A DNA stretch of 64,000 bases from Octopus sinensis (taxonomy: Eukaryota). Under the pieces are notes generated by a model. That model worked only from the letters and a program-made list of their open reading frames with translations. It made no database searches and was not told the DNA's origin. The stretch covers positions 14,693,360 to 14,757,359 of the forward strand of contig NC_043019.1 in NCBI RefSeq assembly GCF_006345805.1, in the 5' to 3' direction. The translations under genes and the position numbers were made by a program. Shown piece after piece: positions 62,023 to 64,000 of the stretch. Position 1 is the stretch's first letter. Every line of letters begins with the position of its first letter.

Positions 62023-62526
62023 GTAAGTTACTTGATTATTTTCCCTTTTGACTGTAATCCATATTCCAGTTGAGAGTCCTTATTACCTGTTGCAACTGAT
62101 ATGTGTGGAGGCGCGTGGCTAAGTGGTTAGGATGTTGAACTCATGATTGTAAGGTTGTGGTTTCGATTCCTGGACCGGGCGATGTGTTGTGTTCTTGAGC
62201 AAAACACTTCATTTCATGTTGCTTCACTCCACTCAGCTGGCAAAAGTGAGTAATCTTGCGACGGACTGGCGTCCCGTCCAGGTGGGGAATTTCTACGCCA
62301 CTAAAACTGGGAAACCAGCCCTTATGAACATGGCATGGCTTGAGAAGGAACATTTAGTGGAGGTGCATGGCTAAGTGGTTAGGGTGTTGAACTCATAACT
62401 GTAAGGTTGTGGTTTCAATCTCTGGACCAGGCAATGCGTTGTGTTCTTGAGCAAAACACTTCATTTCACGTTGCTTCACTCCACTCAGCTGGCAAAACTG
62501 CCAGCATCAGTTGTTAGTTGTCGGAG

Positions 62527-62740
62527 CACTGCATCCTTCAAAACTTCCATGCTTCCTGAGATTCGCGAACACTACACCTGATTTTCTCCCCTCCATACAC
62601 ATGCAAGCATGTATCTGACTCATACACTGTTCACTTCCCAGACATTTGTACATTACTGCATATACTTTATATGCACTTTTAACAAGTTGTGGTGCACCTG
62701 AGCTCTGTATACAATAATTTCATTATTATTATCATTATTG
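62527..62740 (+). mobile_element. 3' end of a related CR1 subfamily in a UBL5 intron
   Basis: cactgcatcc...actacacctga ORF2 end and gttgtggtgcacctgagc 3'UTR motif with ATT tail, like 25447-25569. Confidence 0.75.
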
Positions 62741-63454
62741 ATGACACTACAACTAAAGTCTTCCCAATTAAGCGCAAGTTCTTCAGCTCTTTTGACTCTC
62801 TTGTCCAACCAGCTTGTGATGTTGTCCCTCCATTGTGTTCTTTGATTGCCTCTTCATCTACAACCCTCTGCTCTTCCTCCTATATTAACGGTTTCCAAAT
62901 CTCTGCTTATACAAATATGGCCATCCTAGATGAGCTTTTGTTTTTCCACAATGTCCAAGAGTTATCTTTCACCTACTTGTAACACTCATTCATTTGTCTG
63001 ATCATCCTTGTAAAAGACTCGGACCATTCTCCTATAAACAGGAGTGGCTGTGTGGTAAGCAGCTTGCTTACCAACCACATGGTTCCGGGTTCAGTCCCGC
63101 TGCATGGCACCTTAGGTAAGTGTTTTCTACTATAGCCTCAGGCCAACCAAAGACTTGTGAGTGGATTTGGTTGACGGAAACTGAAAGAAGCCCGTTGAAT
63201 ATATGTATATGTATATATGTGTGTATGTTTGTGTTTGTCCCCCCAGCATCGCTTGACAACTGATGCTGGTGTGTTTACATCCCCGTAACTTAGCGGTTCG
63301 GCAAAAGAGACTGATAGATTAAGGTACTAGGCTTACAAAGAATAAGTCCTGGGGTCGATTTGCTCGACTAAAGGCGGTGCTCCAGCATGGCCACAGTCAA
63401 ATGACTGAAACAAGTAAAAAAAAAAAGAGAAAGTGTAAACCCAAATTTCAAACA

Positions 63455-63669
63455 CATTGACCCTTTCATGGGATTGCCTCATTACTTTATCGGACCCCCA
63501 TCATGTCATTGACCCTTTCATGGGATTGCCTCATTACTTTATCGGACCCCCATCATGTCATTGACCCTTTCATGGGATTGCCTCATTACTTTATCGGACC
63601 CCCATCATGTCATTGACCCTTTCATGGGATTGCCTCATTACTTTATCGGACCCCCATCATGTCATTGAC
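63455..63669. repeat. 52-bp unit x4 perfect tandem repeat
   Basis: Units start at 63455, 63507, 63559, 63611. Confidence 0.93.
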
Positions 63670-64000
63670 GTAATGTATTATTCTTTTATTCTTTTACTTG
63701 TTTCAGTCATTTGACTGCGGCCATGCTGGAGCACCGCCTTTTTTAGTCGAGCAAATCGACCCCGGGACTTATTCTTTGTAAGCCCAGTACTTATTCTATC
63801 GGTCTCTTTTGCCGAACCGCTAAGTGACGGGGACGTAAACACACCAGCATCGGTTGTCAAGCAATGCTAGGGGGACAAACACACACATGCATATATATAT
63901 ATATATATATATATACGACAGGCTTCTTTCAGTTTCCGTCTACCAAATCCACTCACAAGGCATTGATCGGCCGGGGCTATAGCAGAAGACACTTGCCCAA

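Noticed and set aside
62023-64000. Remaining UBL5 exons (YTIFKDH...LELYYQ)
   Set aside because: Not found by eye; presumably beyond the window.

Overview
AT-rich, microsatellite- and SINE-saturated animal genomic DNA. The repeat families resemble those I recall from octopus, so an Octopus-like cephalopod origin is an inference. There are two protein-coding genes, arranged head-to-head. (1) On the minus strand is the 5' part of a large CEP350/CCDC187-family centriolar gene. I reconstructed 15 phase-compatible exons from 49409 down to 943 (2819 nt, about 939 codons), continuing off the left edge; it includes one GC-AG intron and an IQ motif. (2) On the plus strand is UBL5/Hub1, with coding exons at 58636-58691 and 61939-62022 separated by a U12-type minor-spliceosome intron; the remaining exons lie beyond the window. 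Introns and intergenic DNA hold a near full-length frameshifted CR1 LINE, Tc1 (DD36E) and mariner relics, a non-autonomous Helitron, a Helentron/DINE-like element, a TIR+TSD MITE, and four SINE-like families, several with internal tandem amplifications. Long palindromes are also present. The most intriguing signal is a set of small non-coding repeats carrying type I hammerhead-ribozyme-like folds (Penelope/retrozyme-like), including non-canonical cores. Most ORFs in the supplied track are spurious read-throughs of repeats. All coordinates and alignments were done by eye; repeat boundaries are approximate.
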